DNA of 64,000 nucleotides. Origin: Auanema rhodensis. Taxonomy: Eukaryota; Animalia; Nematoda. The position numbers and the translations under genes are program-made. The stretch is taken from the NCBI GenBank assembly GCA_964057225.1, contig OZ059899.1:13082001-13146000 (forward strand). The letters run 5' to 3'. Positions 24,402-37,997 of the stretch are shown one piece after another. Under the pieces are notes generated by a model. The model made no database searches. It saw only the letters and a program-made list of their open reading frames with translations, and was not told where the DNA came from. The stretch's first letter is position 1; every line of letters starts with the position of its first letter.

Positions 24402-27400
24402 CATATGACAGTGGTACACAACCAACCAACCAGCAACGAATAGCCCAAAAAGAGAAGCCAGACTAAAAATATATGAAAAAAAAAAGAAAAAAAAAAAGAT
24501 AATTTTCAACATTTTCAAATTTTAGATTATTGCAATTGTTCGATTTTTTCGTATGAAATAGAATGAATACATATAATATACTATATTAATAGATATCAAG
24601 TCTAATATTAGAAATTTATAAAGATTTATAAATGATTTTGAAAACATTTAGAAGAGAAAAAACAAAAAAAAAGTTCTATTAGTACCTAGAAAAATTTATT
24701 TTACCTCAGCTAAGTTTAATTGTAACATGTCCTTGTCAAAAGTTTGAATTGCGTAATTTGGTTTTGATTGCATAGTGATGTATAGACTGCAGTTGACTGT
24801 TACTGTGGTGAATATGACATAGGAAATTCTTATTTTCTTCGAATAATATGCAGAATTTTCTTTCCTTTTTAATGAAATAACTTCTTGGAAATATATTTAT
24901 ATATGCATGTAACTCTTCATTACTAGAAAATATCATATCGATTTAGATTATTACATCAACTTGACTATAAAACTTTCCGAATAGAGACAGTCAAACTAAG
25001 CAACTACGCTATGCTCAGGCTTGTTTCACTAAACTGCCAATAGGCATATTAGATAATCTATACCTAAACTCATGCTGTTAAGTCTATTGTATGTAGATAT
25101 ATCCAGTTGAATAGACTGATCAGCGGGCTGACAGTAGGACTGTGCCATTGGTAAGTTGTCATGGGCTTGTCACAATGCCACTAGCATATGATGGATTATT
25201 GTAACCTTCTACGAAGTTCAATGCTGTACTTGAATGCAGATTAAGAGTGATTACAAGAAGTTGCATGTAGGAAACGGAAGTTTGACAAGCTTCTATTGTT
25301 TTCGATCTATTGTTTGGCGACAAGATTTCTCTAATGATCACCTGAAGCAAAAGAAGCACATGAAATTGGAAGTTGCATTGCATCTTCAGTCCGTTCTAAT
25401 TCCTTCATGGCTCATTGAACGATTCTGTCGGTATTTCGTCTCGCTAAGTACTTGCAGGTGTTCAACTAGTAATCATAGCATATATGAGCTAAATTTGAAA
25501 GACCATTTACAGTTTTCTTTGAAAAATTGTAATACACTATATAAAGAATGAAACGTAACGATACTAGCCTAGAAAATGACAACTCACAACATCATCAACA
25601 TTCGGTGAATGATCATATTCTCACAAAAAAGTAGGTTTAGTATGACTGTCTTGATCTTTGCATAGATATTCATGTGAAATCTTCTACCAACGAACTATTT
25701 TATTAGTTTCTTATTAATTAAGATATCCGATTTCATTACTGTTATAAATGAATGTATACGTTGTAAGAGGATAATGATGTCAAATGCTCTGTTTCCAAGA
25801 AGAAGTCCCTTCTAAGTGACCATACTTTGCAGTGAAACTAACCTATCATTTACAGACGACCCCCACTGTGTTCTGTGCTTTCTGTGTCTTCTTGAAGCCG
25901 CTGAACCGAGGAGTGAGGCTAACACAATTAGCAGACAATTGACACGTAACTGCGGGTGGGCTTGTTAACTTTTTTATATAATTTTTCAGATCATCTTAAT
26001 GACAGAATGTTTTCTATGCTAGAAAAACTGACAGTCACTTACGATTAGTGGAAGAGGAATGTTTTAACGATATTTTATAAAGCTCATCACTAGTAAAGCA
26101 ATGTGTATGTATTCCATGACAGGTGCTTCTCTATATAGTTTGTACTCAAGATTACAACAAAATAAAAAGCATAACATTGATGTTCATATTAGCGTCTTCT
26201 TCTCTAAAATTATAAGTTACACAATATTGTTGTTCAAATCTTCTTAAGCCGGAACAGCCACAAATAATTAGAACGAAACATAAGATTAGTCGGTTGATTT
26301 GCAAAAGATACAGATCTGTTTAAGCTGGCAACATCTGCTCCATACTTATTTTCTTTTGTGTTGTTATGATATCGTCGGTATATGAAGTAGTTGCCTCGTT
26401 TCATAATTGATTCAACAATACGCTTTATACAAACCTACTACTTAACGCAATATAATATTCCTCGAAAATTATAATTTACCTTGAGGTAAAGTATAGTGTA
26501 CGAGTCTAATGTATCAAAGAAAAGATAAATTTCAATAATACATATACTTCTAATACATTTATGAGCGAAAATAAACATAATATCAAAATTTTCGAACCAC
26601 TTTACAGAATAAATTGAATCAAAACTCACAAATAATTCAACACATTTCATGATAATCAGGCAGAAAAATTCACACTTGTAGAACGCTATAGCATTACTCA
26701 ATCTTTGGAAATAAATAAGAATTTCCCACCAAACCTGTCTAAAGTTTTCACACTAAGCATTCAAGACCATCCATACAGAAGCAGGGACACCGACTGTTCT
26801 ATCGGCATTCCTTTTTTTGATCTATGCATTCAACAATTGGCAGTAATTGTTCACACGAACTGCTAATCGATGTCGGTTCCTTTGCTCGTCATGTCCTCAC
26901 ACCTGTGACTGCGCAACCACTGCCAATCGGGTGCTCTGAAAAATGAGAATTTTGTCTTAAGGAATGTGATTTGTAAACAATATTGTTTTTAATTGTATTA
27001 TAATCGTTGCTAAACGTATGACAATTACAGGTATATTTTGTCGAGAGAATGATTAAACCTAAATTAGGACATCATACAGGAAATACACAACTTTTCCATT
27101 AGAGTATTAAGTAAACAAAATAAAACAAATTATATTGAAAAAGTAGCTTTGTGAATCTTACTTTAATTTCACAAATTCTGTTAAGCTGTGTCAGAAATAT
27201 GAAACGTATCGAATGATATATAAAAAACATTTCCCCAAAACTTCTTCGTCCTCAATGAATGATGGAAACATATCGCTGAAGAAATTTGATAATGAAGTCA
27301 CCTTATATTTTCTATTTAGATATGAAACATCTCTAGAGCCCTGTCCATACTCTACCCTAAGGCGAAAACGTTCATTTTATTACAATATCATATAATATGA

Positions 27401-27743
27401 TAACAGTAATCTTAGAATCAATTAAGATCTTTAAATTTCATAATACAACAGGCGTAAATGAACGTTTTTAACCGCGAAAATACGGTTAAATGCAGTTAGT
27501 CGTTAACCGTAATCATTATCACTATAGAAGTCGAAATTTTAACACTTCTTATCAAAGTTTTGAAATTCATGTACGGTATTCAGTTATACGCAATAGCAAA
27601 TAGCGCGCGAATATTTAAGATATTAAATTCATTCAAGCGATTCAAGAATTATCATATTTTGTACTAATTCACTGCTATAAAAGACTTTTTATACTCATGT
27701 TTTTGTTATATGACTATAAAATGTGGTTACAGAAGTGACCGTA

Positions 27744-30700
27744 ATGGGTTTCACTAGTGTGGTCATCGTAGATAGGGTAGAAGAAGAAACTAGAAACTTT
27801 GGGAAAAGGAATGAATATGCTGCTTTAGAAAATTTATATGAAGTTAACACTTTAGCTACTGTTGGAAGTATTTTGCGTTTTCAAGTGTTGTGTTTATTAT
27901 TCTTTTTAAGGTGATCAAGCTAATTCCGAAAATGAAAACCCCGAAGGTAATCTTCCAATTCCGACCGTTTTATCCTCTACAAATGGAAGTTATTTATGTA
28001 TTGCAATTGAAAGTGATATCAGTATTTTTAAATTCGATTATGAATTAACATATAACTGCTCTTATTCGTTAACTGGTGAGGAACAAATTATTCGACGAAT
28101 CAACTTTTGTTGTCTTACAGGATGTGCAGCTAAAGTTGTAACATGGATGGGTAATAGTCAGTACTTGGCTGTTTTTACTTCTGATTTTCAATTTCTTGTG
28201 ATCTCTGCCGAATTCGGCATTCCAATTTTTGCTCTGGTATTTCAAGAATAGTTTGGTTTCTTTCTATTTGTAATTACAGAACATTTCCGGAAGTTCTGGA
28301 TTATGTCGGCAGGCTACCGTACAGGTTCACGAGGTAAGTACTTGTGCACTTATATTTTTTCATGAACTACATCTTTAGCATGATGACCAATGTCTAGTAG
28401 CGATAAGTGCCTTGGATAATGGTGCTTCGAACACTATAATTAATTTTCCTAACTGGAAACTACTTCTTGATGCTACTGCAGATCAACTGCAAAATAATAC
28501 TGCTCAGGTTGGTTTTTTCCTCTGTAAATTTAAAAATTTCTTTTAGTTTTTCGAGAATGTCAGTGTTCAAACTGACAACTCTGGTCCATTTCTAAATCAA
28601 ATTGCTGTTGTTGACAATGGTTTTTTCGTGTTGGGTATTTCCGAGAAAACTGGCGATTCTTATATAAGTAACACTTCAACTGTTGATTATAATCTATTTA
28701 TGAAATCAAGCAAAGGTAAATTTTGAAAATATAAAAATTTAACCATTTTTTTTGAAAGATGTTCATGTCATCCAACAACAAGAGTCTTGCAATGGCCATT
28801 ATTTGGTCCAATTGCTTTCAAATGGTGAATTGATTGTTAAGGATATGTGGACACAATATACTGTTGCTAGGAAATCTGTCGCTTCTCCTAAGGTAAAACT
28901 AACAAGTAAATTTATGTTGATTACAAATGTTTTCAGGATGATCCAGAAACAAGCTTTACTAGTTTCCTTCTTATTGAGCAACCTCAAGTTGAATTCTCTC
29001 ATTCTCTCATCGGCCTTATTGTACAGTCACCTCGAGGAACATATGTATTGTTTTTTATACTTTACTTCGTTTACATGAATATTTTAGCTGGAAGTAAGGA
29101 CCCTGAAAACTTTGGAGCCTACATACTCCCTCTCTGTACGCCAAGGAACCGTTGTTTTACCAGTTTCCCAATCGTCTAATTATGAGAGAGTAATGATTTT
29201 GGTTGAGCCTTTTGCTACAGACAAAGAAAAGCAAGTTCACTATAACATATGTTTTAATCCTAATTAATTTATAGTATGTCCATAAACAATACTAAAATCC
29301 GTGAAATTTCTGAAGCACAACCTGAGAAACGCCTTGCTCGCTTGATTTCTCGTGGCCACCTAGATGAAGCTGAGAAGTTTGCTGTGCAATTTGGCCTGGA
29401 TGTTCAAGTATATTTCTAAATCATCTCGAAGAATATAATGAAAATTACAGAAAGTTCACATTTCTCGCATGGAACAACTTCTCGATGAAAGTGTTATGCA
29501 TGGTGCTGATGTATTTGATAGTCTTATTAAGAGCATGGATTCTGTAACTGATCACAATTTGGTAGGCATATATATTCTATCATTTTTGAACATGCCTAAT
29601 AGGTTGGAGAGCATTGTTATGCCGCTGCCTCTACATTCAAGGTGTATGATCACATTATTTCTATTTTGGATTATGCGAAGAAAAGAACTATTACCGGTAA
29701 ATAAAAAAGTCCAATAAAAAACTCCTTCATAACTGAGGTTTAGATGCCGAAACTGCCTGTAGACTTGATAGCATAGCTTATGTACTAGCAACATACAGAA
29801 TGGTTATGGGAATTGAAACAGCAGATTTTGGTGACGATTCGTTGTGGAGTAGATTTGTAGAAGGGACGGATGGTTCCGGTGACTGGTTTTCAATTTTCCT
29901 TGATTTTGTGAATTGCGGTTTGATACAAGTATATTTTATTTTATGTACGCGTGCAATGAGTTTATATTTCAGGAGGCTCGCATTGTTTGGAGAAGACATG
30001 GTAAAGCTATAACCGATGAATTGTTTTCTGTGACCAATGAAGGAGAGTTCCCACAAATTGATGATGTTATGACGGCAGTTCAGAAAACCGTTAATGGTAG
30101 CAGGTCAATCTTGGAAATTTTCACTGTCGATTTTACAGAACGTCTTGATGTATGGAAAGATATAGTGGAATTTTTGGAATTTGATTTCTTACCCCAAGGA
30201 TTAGGAGTCTGTTTGCCATCAGTATGATAGAATTAGTTTGTATTTTTAAAATGATTATTTTTTTTAGATTTTACCAACTCTTGTTGATATTTCTTTACGT
30301 TTGGTAGAATTTTTGGAAACCTATATGCCTAAAAATTTTCCGGAAAATGCTCTTCACGTTGCCTCTCTCATGGAAAGAGTTATTCAGAGATTAACTGAGA
30401 ATGAATATACTCCGGCTAAACAAGTGACCAAAATATATATTGCTTGCAATATACAGTTTTTTCAGGCTGAGCTAGCAATGGTTGGAATTGGTTTAAATGA
30501 AGGAAGATATTCAGAACTAACCGTGTGTGCTGCTAATCTTAAAGCAATCAAAAGATTAAGAGATGTGTATGATTGTTTCTTAAGCTATGCGACATACTGT
30601 GTTAGTTTTTCGGTTATATTGCTGATTACTATTTAAAATTCAGAGTTTAACACCAGAAACTATATGTTATCGTATATTGGCAAAAGCCATTGAGAATCCT

Positions 30701-33700
30701 AATCTTGTTAGCGTAAACGTGGCGAAGTATGCTAGACCTTACATGGATGAATTCAGACTGAATCCTGATCAAACGCTTTATCGTTATATTGAGGTATATT
30801 TTCTTTTTAACATTGTTTTATAAGATATTTTTAGGACGTTTCAACTCATTCGAAAGGAGTTGTTTCTGCTTCTAATCCTTGGGATGAACAATGCCTTTTA
30901 GTAAGCCAAACTATTGAGAAATACCCATTGAAATGCCGTGCTATCACCATGATTGCAAGAGGAGCTTTTCCTCCATGGAGTAAAAAGTTAAAAGAAGCTG
31001 TTCAATCCATGCTCGATAACCCAGCAACTGATCCGCAAATGTATGTTTTTCTTGAAAATTCTCAGATTACCTTGTTGTAGGGTCCAAGAATTACAAAACG
31101 AATGTCAGCGTGCTGATTTGGGCATGATTCTAAATTCTTATGGAGTTCAAATAGCACTGATGGCTTCAATTTTGTCAACTGAATACACTGTTAGCAAGTT
31201 TATTTGGTATATTTTCCAAGGTACGGAACGTCATCCTGATGATAACAAACGCTTGACTGATGCCCTGAAGGTATGTCAGATATGAATTCCTTCAATTTAA
31301 ATTTATAACATAGGTTGTACAAATATATACAGCTCTTAATGAATGTCCACCTTTGAATATCAAGTCTGTAAATATTTTTGTGCGATTCGCTCAGTACCTT
31401 CAAAGATATAGAGATGATAAGGTTCGTGTCTTCTTTGAACAGCATTGCATGTATTCTATTTATTTCAGTCTGTTATCAACTTTTTGGAGAATATCGAAGA
31501 GGAAAAATTCAAAGTTACTAAGGATGAAGTGATAGATAAGTTGATTGAAGTCTTATACTCAGAAATCGATGACACTATTGAGTTTTTGGATCAGGTTAAT
31601 CGGTATTTTTTTGTAATCTTTATATCGACGATTAAGGTCTCTATTGATGAAAGGGTAGCCAAGATGCATCTTATTCAAAGCTTGATTTTGAGATATAGAT
31701 TGAATGATAATACATATTCTGAATTGAATCATGATGTCAGTTGTCTCATCAAACTTCAGGTGTGTTTGCTTGACAAAGTTTTTAAAACTGTCTTAATTAA
31801 TTTAGACTAAGTACAAAATTTGGGCAATATTTGGACATCTACATGACTATATTTGGAGACGGAAAGCTTTAGAAACATTTGTTCTAAAATCTGAACGAAA
31901 TTTGGCTGAGGTTTGATATTTTAAAATAATTTGAAAAGTTGTTTTTTTTTCAGATTTATGCATTCTCAACTTGTCTCAATCTAACAAGAGATGAGGCATG
32001 TCAACTTACTATGACTATTGCTGCGGAAGCAAAGAATTTTTCTGGACTGATATGTATTATGAGGTTTTTTATTATTATTGCTGATCTCATTTTACTGTAT
32101 AGAGAGGCAATGCTTGCTGTTTCTCAACCAAGTCACGAATTAGCTGAGCTAACTGTGAAATGCTGCCGTTTTGTTCTTCATAACCTGAATGAGATCTGCC
32201 CACAAGATGCTGATCCCCAAGCCATTGATACGGTAAACCATCCCTATAATAATAAAAATAAATTTTTTCCTAGGCTGTCGACTTAGCAATCCAGACTAGA
32301 ATGATCTTAAGTGACTTATTTAGTTGCACTGATCATTGTATGACAAATCTTGAAAGCGTCATCATGGTATTTTGCTTCAAAGTTAAATCTTAGATTCATT
32401 AATTTCTTTTAGATGTCTACTTTCCTGGACTTGTTTGTTATGACTATTGACCAATGCTGGATTGAGGAACGTGCCAGTAAATCTACTTCGGTTGACGCAT
32501 CATGTTCTGAGTAAGCAATATTCTTCATTTTCATACTTGATGTTTTGAATTTTCAGGCGAGTCACTGGAATGTCTAAAAGAGTCGGTGTATATCAGTTAA
32601 GTAATGATGGGCCCCTTCTTGAAAAACTCGCAGCCGTACCCTTAATGTCGGCTGTTGCTTCTTCGGTAGTAGAAGATTTTAAGGGCATGACGTATAGATA
32701 TTTTCTTTTTTATAGTTTCTTCATTTCTTTTTTCAGCCCCGAGGAAGTAGAAAACTTTAAACAAACTGCTATGACACAATGGGACGAGTTGTTCACATTC
32801 TTAAGCCTACAAAATCAAGATCTCCTCGAGTTTTTCTTTAGAGTATTTGCAGTTTCTTTGGGTTTGGATACTGCTTTTGCATTGTCGATATTAAAATATT
32901 TTCAGAGAGCTGTTATGAAGTTCGAAATTCTTTGTCCTCGAATCTTAAAAATATTTCTCGTAATATTTGTGAGAGAATTCTTCAAATGCATCCATGTGAT
33001 CTATGGGGATCTGCAGCCCTAATTTCGAGTTTATCTATTACTGACGTTCATATGGTTCACAGAATTATAATTCTCAAATACTTTTTGACTTTTTTTAGCT
33101 TGTAATGGACCTCAGAAAGTGGGTAGCAACTCGCAAGTCACCTCAAACTATGATCAATGTCTTACGCGTAATGCAATTCATTGCTATTCACACTGAAACT
33201 AAGGATGTATATAACGCTCTGACGGTATTTTTATTTTTTCAATCTTAAAAATCAACTCATCTCAAGGATTCTTTCAAAAAAAGTTTGTGGGGCAAAAGAC
33301 TCGGAAAGCTCGGTGTATTCATCAATGTTGGACGAGAGCCTATTGATGTGGTTCTTCAGAAATATGCTGCTAAGCAAATTGATCCTGATCTTGTTTCAAA
33401 GTACCATTCTTAGTTTTATCTTTTTTTTTCAAAACTATTTTAAGGTATATCTCTGAGTTCTGTGGTGAATCTAGAGTGAATGAGGAACTTTTGAATTATG
33501 CTGTTGCTCTCATTGTTCAGTCATCAGATGAAAAAGAAAACGTTGAAAGAGCTATTTCATTGAGACAGTGCGCTGACGAAGCTATAAGAGTATGTCTCTG
33601 TTGTTTTAACCTTGTTCTAATCCTTCTCAGTTATCTGCCATGCCAACGAACGAAGCCCTGGAAAGATTACATAATCTTATGTATATTCTGTGCCCTTACA

Positions 33701-36508
33701 ATTATGAAGTTTTGCACTTTGTTATTTCAAGAATGTCGAATATGGTTCAAAACGGAGACGATCATGTAGTGTATGTGACATAATTTCTTGGAATCTTTTT
33801 AATTTTGCATTTGTTTTCAGATTTGTAGATGGTTGTCAGCGAATTCTCGAATTCTTAGTTGACACTTCAAGACAAAATACGGCTTGTAAAGCAGAAGTAA
33901 AATGGTACATGAATCATAGCAAAATTCTACAGAAAGCCAATAAAGAATTTGAAATTTCTAGTGGAAGAGTTAGTAAAATAACTTTACCTGAAATAACTAT
34001 AATTTCGTAGGAAAAGAAAGTGATTTCTTCTCATGGCTCTATGGTTCGACAGTGTTATGAAGAGTCGCCCGGGGCTTTGGATGCTTCTAGCTTGCTTCTT
34101 TCCCAGGATGATATTCAGTATGAAAGAGAAGATATTTTGATTTCTACTCTTCCTGCTCTGGTAGTTAAGTTAATATTACTTTAAGCATTTTCTATGTTAA
34201 GGCTCAAAAGCGACTGCCATTCCACCCATTCCTTTTACATGGACGCGAAGACATTGATAAGTATCTGTTCCCTATTATTGAAACAGAAATGTCTGTTTTA
34301 ACTGTTACTGTAAGCTATTTTAGTTTTCTTGTTATTATTGCTTCTTTTTAGGTTTGGCAAACTGTTGTGCGTTTAGTCAAATGGCTCAGAGCATCTAGAA
34401 GTTTACCTCGCTCGTTGCTTTTGTCATCTTCTGTTGTTAAGATGAGTAAGCAGTGCACTGACAAGGTTTCAATTGTTTTTCGTTCTAGAATTCTAAGATA
34501 TGTTTACAGGGAGATGATTTGTCTGACCAAGAAATTCATTTCATCCATAATTTATTAACAAATTCAGAGAGAGACACTGTAGTTACCTGCATCTCCAAAT
34601 GTTTCAAGAAGATTCCTTTGAGTATGTTGTTCTTATCAGATAAAGTTTCAATCTCTTTTATAGGTCAAACTAAAATTGAACTACTGAAGTTAGGAGTACT
34701 CGTTGCTAAAGGATGGTTGACAAACCCTGAAATAACTCCAGTAGATTTTATTAACTCTCACTGATTTAAGGCACGTATTTTAAGGCAATTGTTGATCTTG
34801 AAAGACTTGAGTTGGAGAATCACATACGTAGATTAACAGAAACTATATATAAATATAAGACTGAACTCCTTCTCAAGCGGGTAATATATATGCTATATTT
34901 CATTTATGTAAAAAAACTATTTCAGTCTGGATTATACGACTCCAAGACAGCTGAACTTGTAGAAAATGTGCCAGATTTAATCAACCATCTTTACTCTGAG
35001 GCTATTGTATGGTCGGATGAGAATGACATTAGTATGTTTTTGTTTGAAAAACTTTGACTAAAGTTTTATATTAGAATTCAAAACTGGACTTATCGACGAG
35101 TTGGCATCTGTAAATGACACTGTTGATTTACTTGCCCTTCAGTCTGATCTTATTATAAACTGGATACCTGAAGATGGTCTTTCAACCTCTGGATTTGCCG
35201 TTGATTTGAATGACGTATTTAGATTTTTTTTTGCTGCTCATAACTTTACTTTTAGACTATGGGAGGAATATCTATACCTAGTGCTATTTCTACAAGTTCA
35301 AGTACTGATGAAAACGATATATACTACCTTCCGTTCTTCGATCACACCATAACTAGGTTAATTTGAGATACTCATATGTAAAACTGTTCTATAATTGTTT
35401 AGAGTTGTTCATCTTATTGATTTGATTCGTCAGAAGAATCCAGAACATGCTAGGGCTATAATGTCAAAATTAATCAGTACTTACAAGAGAAAGAAGATGG
35501 TAATTGAGTTTTAATATTGATTTTATATATTCTAATTTAAGGATATTTCTGCGGTTACTGGAGGATATAAGACTCTCATACGTGTAACTTGTGTGCTCCT
35601 GCGTGCATTTTCGAACGAAGAATTAGAAACTGTCAAAAATAGCAGGGATAAGCTATAGTAATGCTGTTTTGAAGTTATCCATTATCAGTTTAATTAATTC
35701 AGCATGGACATTGAGAGATTACAATGTGGCAGATTATTGGAACTCGCACGTGAAGATATGACCGTGGATGCTCTTTATAAACAGGATATGCATCTTCTTG
35801 TTAAATCTTATATTCTTCCATCTAAACGTCAATCTCCCCAGGTTTGTAATATTTTGTTTGAAATCTACATATTCTTGGCACTTCAGCTCTGGCACCTTGC
35901 TGCCTGTTTGATCGTAGATCATGGAGTACTTGATCGCTCTCTTGTTGATACTCTTCTCAACAAGCTGTATTCTTCGAGGAAGAAGCAAGTCATGCTGTCT
36001 CTTCTCAAATACTGCAGGTGTGAGGAGATTTTTGAACTGTAATCATTAGAGATATTAATAGACAACAACCCAAGCTGTACGGTGTGAAAAACTTAGCTCT
36101 CTTCTGGGCACGATCGGCTGATCAAATTTTGGCTGATCTTGGTATTAAAGAATAATGCAATGTTTTGAAAAATGTCTGTTTAGATTCTAAGAATCCTGCC
36201 TATGGTGAGTTAATGAGAGACACAATTCTCTTCTGCATATCCTGCCCCGTGGAAGGAGGAAGACCATTTGATTCAACTCGATCCTCTCTTAAAGCTTTGG
36301 GATGCCCTATGGCTTCTCAACTCATATCAGTTATCCGATCTTTTAGTACTGTAAGTAACTTTTCGAAAAAACCATTATGACGTCTCACATGTTGCAGAAA
36401 ATTGACGCTCATCATCACACTTGTCAACCTAACGAACTTAATTTGAGATGGTGTGATGTTCAAAAAGCTTTAGCCGAGTCAACTGATGAAAATATGGCTG
36501 TGAATTAA
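27744..36508 (+). CDS. rod-1: ROD/KNTC1 kinetochore RZZ-complex subunit, about 52 exons, roughly 2200 aa
   Basis: One continuous frame when spliced. N-terminus EEETRNFG...LYEVNTLAT; EAQPEKRLARLISRGHLDEAEKFAVQFGLDVQ; NFPENAL; SLWGKRLGKLG; LCPYNYE; Rod C-terminal LPALAQKRLPFHPF. Stop at 36506-36508, AATAAA at 36580. Confidence 0.92.
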
Positions 36509-36748
36509 GGAAAATACTAACATAGGAGATTTTTAATGCACGAGGACTTTTTGATTTTATTCTCGTTTTATTCAATGTAAATAAACTGGTAAAATGCAAA
36601 CACGAATAAAAGTTTTATCGTTTGTCACTACTTTTGTTTTCACATAACAAACAGGATTATTTAGGATATAGCATAACTCGGTTAATAAGTTTATAAGTTT
36701 AAGTATGCATCTTGTCGTCTAATGTTTAATTCCAAACAAATATAAAAC

Positions 36749-37997
36749 TTATGGGTTGGGGATGAATTCACAGTCCACATTGCCACCACAAAGAATCACA
36801 CCTACTTTTTTGATGCCTAATGCCTTGGTATTACTTTTCATTAATCCAGCTAGTGGTACAGCAGATGCAGGTTCAACCCTTTGCTAAAATGAAAATTACC
36901 AGATTGTTAAAGAATTACACCTTTCTAACCTTTGTTCTTGTCCAAATAAGCTTGATTGCGTCCGCAATTTCGTTTTCGCTAACAGATATCACATTTTCCT
37001 GGCAGAATTGCTTCAAGATAGGAAAACAATATGAGCCAATTTTGTGAACACGAATTCCATCAGCAATTGTTTTCAAGGATTCTTGCCCACCATCGAAATT
37101 GCCTGTTTTCAGATATTGTCCGAGATGCTTACCATCTGGTTCAACAAGGAAAACTAAATACAGACACATGAGGCTTAAAATCATTGCAAATAAATACACA
37201 CAAACCTTTGACATTTGGAAACTTTTCCCCCATATACTTTGCAATTCCTGTAGCCATGCCACCCCCACCAACAGATAGGAATATAGCGTCCAAGTTAGGA
37301 AGTTGCTCCATTAGTTCAAGAGCAATAGTTCCCTAACATACAAACATTCAGTTTCAGTTAGAATTCTTTAACGAACTTGTCCATGAATAGTACTAGGAGA
37401 GTCAAACGGTGGTACAATGGCATAGTTCATTTTCTGAGCTAAGTTGTTGCATTCGTCTTCCCTGAATTTTTCGAAGTAACAGACAAGCATTAACTTTAAT
37501 TTCTAACCTAGCCTTCATAGAATTTTCACAAAGTACAATTTCAGCATCGTACTCCAGCATAGCATCAATCTTGGTTTGTGGGGTAGCGTTGGGAACAACC
37601 ACAAGACAAGGTAGTCCAACTTGCTTCGCAGCCCAAGCTAGTCCCTGACCATGATTACCTGATGAATGCGTGATCTATAAACATGAAATTTACATAAAAA
37701 GTGCGATAATAAACAGGAAAGAAAACACTAACAACTCCTTTCACATCCTTGTCTTCTTTTAATAATGTGACAGAATAACTTGCTCCACGAGACTTAAAGC
37801 TTCCTGTTTTTTGTAAATGTTCACATTTAAAAAACACTTCACAACCTATGAAATGGAGAATCAACCTCGAAAAGAACGTCAAAATACAAACCTGCTAACT
37901 TATCTATTTGTGAAGACGTAATAATAGGCGTCTTATGAATTAGCCCTGCAATTGAAGCATATGCATGCTCAATCCCTCTCAATGTTATCGCCATCAT
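36749..37997 (-). CDS. serr-1: Serine racemase (PLP fold type II)
   Basis: IHKTPIITS; FKCEHLQKTGSFKSRGA (PLP lysine); THSSGNHGQ (racemase-type second Ser); HGQGTIALE; VGGGGM; TIADG; VEPASA; VILCGGNVD. Stop at 36749-36751. Confidence 0.92.

Noticed and set aside
25159-25551. Overlapping 105-aa and 74-aa intergenic ORFs
   Set aside because: No splice structure, motif or TE signature recognised.
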